From positions 1,084,882 through 1,148,881 of the forward strand of contig MU004240.1 in NCBI GenBank assembly GCA_010405405.1: 64,000 nt of DNA. The letters run 5' to 3'. This stretch comes from Microthyrium microscopicum. Its lineage: Eukaryota. How positions within the stretch are numbered: the stretch's first letter is position 1; the number at the start of each line of letters is the position of its first letter. The position numbers and the translations under genes are program-made. This document shows, one piece after another, positions 60,585 through 64,000 of this stretch. The notes beneath the pieces were generated by a model. That model was not told where the DNA came from and did not search any database. It was given only the letters and a program-made list of their open reading frames with translations.

Positions 60585-62887
60585 ATGGCCTCAACCCGTT
60601 CACGCGCCTCGCGCATCCTCCGAGCCTCCGTCCGCCCTCTTCTATACACCACAGCTGCCAGCTCCGTCATAGCTGCCGGTTTCTACATCACATATCGACC
60701 GCGGAATATTCCCGGCTCTGAAGATGCTGCGGTTCCGCCACCAATCTATGGCGACGGCGGCATATTCCGCTTGCCCGATTTCCCAGCCATCAAGCCTAGA
60801 GCGGAACAAATTGCGGACTTGAAACGTAGTGCGGCTACCAACGCTTCTGGCGACTCCAAGGGCGGGTCTTGGCTAAATTTGGGCTCGTCAGGTAAAGAAG
60901 CGACAGACACACCGGTGCTGCCACCGGCGGATGAGCCATATGACTTGTTGATTATTGGTGCGGGCGCGACGGGCACTGGAATAGCGCTTGATGCGGCGAC
61001 GCGTGGGCTACGTGTTGCTGTTGTTGATCGCGATGATTTTAGCAGTGGCACGAGTAGCAAGAGCACGAAGTTGGTTCATGGAGGAGTACGGTACTTGGAG
61101 AAGGCTTTCTGGGAACTCGATTACAGCCAGTATAAGCTCGTCAAGGATGCATTACGTGAACGGCGATACTTCCTGGATACGGCGCCGCATTTGTCTTCGT
61201 GGCTACCCATTATGATTCCTTTGGACAGTTGGTGGAAGCTGCCATATTTCTGGGCTGGCACGAAGATGTATGACATTCTGGCGGGGTCAGAGAACATTGA
61301 GAGCTCGTACTTTTTGACCAGAAGTAAGGCGTTGGATGCGTATCCGATGTTGAAGAAGGATGCGCTCAAGGGCGCATTGGTTTACTATGGTAAGCAAGAC
61401 CTATTGTATGGGGGATGTCGCTAATGTTGGTCTAGATGGAGCACATAATGATTCGCGTATGAATGTATCGCTCGCGATGACCGCATCTCTTTATGGGGCG
61501 TCGGTGGTTAACTACGTCGAGGTTACGTCGTTAACGAAAGATGCGAATGGCAAGCTCACAGGCGCCATGGTCAAAGATTTAGAACCAGGACTCAATGGCA
61601 AGGCAACTCCCGAATTCCAAATATGCGCCAAAGGTATAATTAATGCCACCGGTCCATTCACCGACGCGATTCGCAAACTCGACAATGCCCAGATAGACAG
61701 CATTTGCGCGCCCAGCACTGGCGTCCACATCATGTTGCCCGGCTACTACAGTCCGTCTAACATGGGTCTCATTGATCCTTCGACTTCAGACGGCCGTGTA
61801 ATTTTCTTCCTCCCCTGGCAAGGAAACACCATTGCCGGCACCACCGACAACTCAATTCAGACCGTCAGCCAGAACCCCATCGCAACCGAGGACGAAATAA
61901 ACTTTATCCTTAAGGAGATTCGGGGCTACCTACAGCCTGACATCAACGTGCGACGTGGGGATGTCTTAGCTGCCTGGTCCGGCATCCGGCCACTTGTGCG
62001 CGACCCCAAAGCCAAAAACACAGAAGGCCTTGTACGCGCACATCTAATTACCACCTCTGACAGCGGCCTCATCACCGTCGCTGGCGGGAAGTGGACAACA
62101 TACCGTGAAATGGCCGAAGAAGGAGTCGACGCCGCCATCAGCACATTCAATCTCACACCGCGCACGCTATCCCAGCCACCACGCGTCTCAGGCACGCATA
62201 TCGTTGACGAAGCAGCGCTCTTCGATGGCTCCTGCCAAACACACCAAGTCAAGCTTGTAGGCGCCCATGGCTTCAGCAAAACTCTCTTCATCAACCTAAT
62301 CCAGCACTTTGGTCTCGAGACTGAAGTCGCACACCATCTAACCACATCATACGGCGACCGCGCATGGATGGTCGGCGCACTCTGCGCTCCTACAGAAGAG
62401 CGCTTCCCTGTTCGTGGAAAACGTATATCCACGCTCTATCCAATCGTCGATGGCGAAGTACGCTATGCTGTGCGTCACGAGTATGCTCTCACAGCCGTCG
62501 ATGTTTTAGCACGCCGTACGAGACTGGCCTTCCTCAACGCACAGGCCGCCCTTGAGGCATTGCCAGGCGTCATCGATCTGATGAGTGCGGAGCTGGGCTG
62601 GGATAAGAAGCGGGAAGAGCTGGAGTGGAAGAACACGGTGCAATTTCTAGCGAGCATGGGTTTACCGGCGGGCAAGATGAGCTTGACGAGGAAAGACGTG
62701 GAGAGTGGGAAGGCGAGACAATATGCTGGTAAGTCTACAGCCATGACATTGGAAAAATTGTGGTTGCTAATGGTGTGCAGATGAGGAGTATCAGCTTTAT
62801 GCAAGACATGATAATCCGGCGGATGTGCTGGAGTCTGATAAGAAGTTTTTGACGAAAATAGCATCTGAAGCGAGTTTGAAGAAATGA
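60585..62887 (+). CDS. GUT2: Mitochondrial FAD-dependent glycerol-3-phosphate dehydrogenase, 3 exons
   Basis: IIGAGATG, DFSSGTSSKSTKLVHGGVRYL, YY|DGAHNDSR, INATGPF, GGKWTTYR, DVLARRTRL; last exon 62781-62887. Confidence 0.96.
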
Positions 62888-64000
62888 AGTTGACTTGTTG
62901 GAATAGACATGAGAGATGTAGCATATAGACATTCGCTTTAGAGCGATTTAAAAAGGTTCCCTCTTACTTTGTATAGAGGTATTTACACCGCATTGTGATG
63001 GGTCATGGTTTTATATAGCATGTATTGGCTTCCATGTATAGATGAAGCATAATAATAGACTTTTCTTCTTCTTCCAACCTTGGAAACCTTGGCATCTTTG
63101 AACCCCTCCTGATGCCTAGCAGACGCGCTTACAGTAGCACTCTAGTCTACATGTGCTGTTGCAGCTCCGTCCTCTAAAGCATCATGAATACTGTAGTGCC
63201 AGAACTAGCAATGGTGTGGGCGACAAGCGCACCCCCCATCCTACACAAAGGCAACAATACCACCTGAATGAGTGGGGCCCAGCACTACCAGTCGTCAGCT
63301 GCTCTACCTTCCACCCATGGAAGCATTCGCGTTCTACACAAGAAGCAGAAGCTTGCTTTCTGCGTCTTCTATCATGCATTGAAGTGGCTTAGATTCAAAG
63401 GTTATCTGCTATGTGGTCACTGGCTTCCGTAGAGCAGTTACAGTACCTTTGAGCAGGTCATTGAATGGGACTTTGTTCTCATGGCACTGGAGCGAGCGAG
63501 TGTGGAGAAGTACGTTCTGTAGATGGGGGGATGAGCTGTTTGAGTAAAGACCAAGTTACCTCGCGTGTAGTTGCTTCACGTGCCGATGATTTGGAGATAT
63601 GTACCAGAGAATCGTGCTATAGCTGGTCGTATAGCTAGGGAGCTGAAGGGACGAGCTGACACCGCATGTAAACAACAAAAGACAAGCACGCGAATCACAA
63701 GAGAAGATGATCAAGATGAATGTGGATGGAAAAATACTACCCAGTGAGGGCGTTTGTCTATTAGGCTTTTGCCGTCCTAAGAGACGCCGTAATGGCTTTT
63801 GACAGCAAGCGCTCTATCTACTAGCCTATCAGCGGGTACAGACCCGGTCCAACCCCAAGTTTGGTTCTGAGTAATATTCCCTAGAACCACCAAAAAAAAA
63901 TAGCACAATGAAAAGCGTCTCCAAGCCGTCAATCTTGGTATCTTTCATTGCCCGAAATAACCCCTAGCCAGCGTTTGGCGAGTGAAACGCTGGTATGCAT

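Noticed and set aside
62900..64000. Short ORFs downstream of GUT2
   Set aside because: No recognisable domain and frequent stops; treated as intergenic

Overview
Gene-dense window from a filamentous ascomycete (Pezizomycotina): short GT-AG introns with CTRAC/CTAAT branch sites, about 22 protein-coding genes, and no convincing rRNA, tRNA, CRISPR array or intact transposon. Housekeeping blocks flank a more accessory-looking middle. The left block holds PCT1, PTC2, shugoshin, DAD2, YPI1, an Aim3-like protein, an ELO elongase, a cytochrome b561 protein, PUS7, a GH2 beta-mannosidase and an Osh1/2-type OSBP. The right block holds a Tag1-like protein, ARG3, ILV6, a KHDC4-like protein and GUT2. The middle (about 35-52 kb) has a type II flavin monooxygenase tail-to-tail with an intronless, bacterial-type NtaA/SnaA/DszA luciferase-like monooxygenase, an SDR pseudogene missed by the ORF track, a hybrid histidine kinase, a sugar porter, a DUF1996 protein and a HET-domain gene. 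Main leads: (i) the FMO/LLM/SDR-relic locus, a horizontal-transfer candidate with no flavin reductase in the window and a tandem CGG+GATA promoter repeat; (ii) a four-hairpin non-coding element upstream of PUS7; (iii) the shugoshin-DAD2-YPI1 chromosome-segregation trio; (iv) a 33-bp palindrome; (v) a QxxHH elongase with a long tail. Gene calls come from motif recognition and manual splicing; no database searches or folding programs were run.
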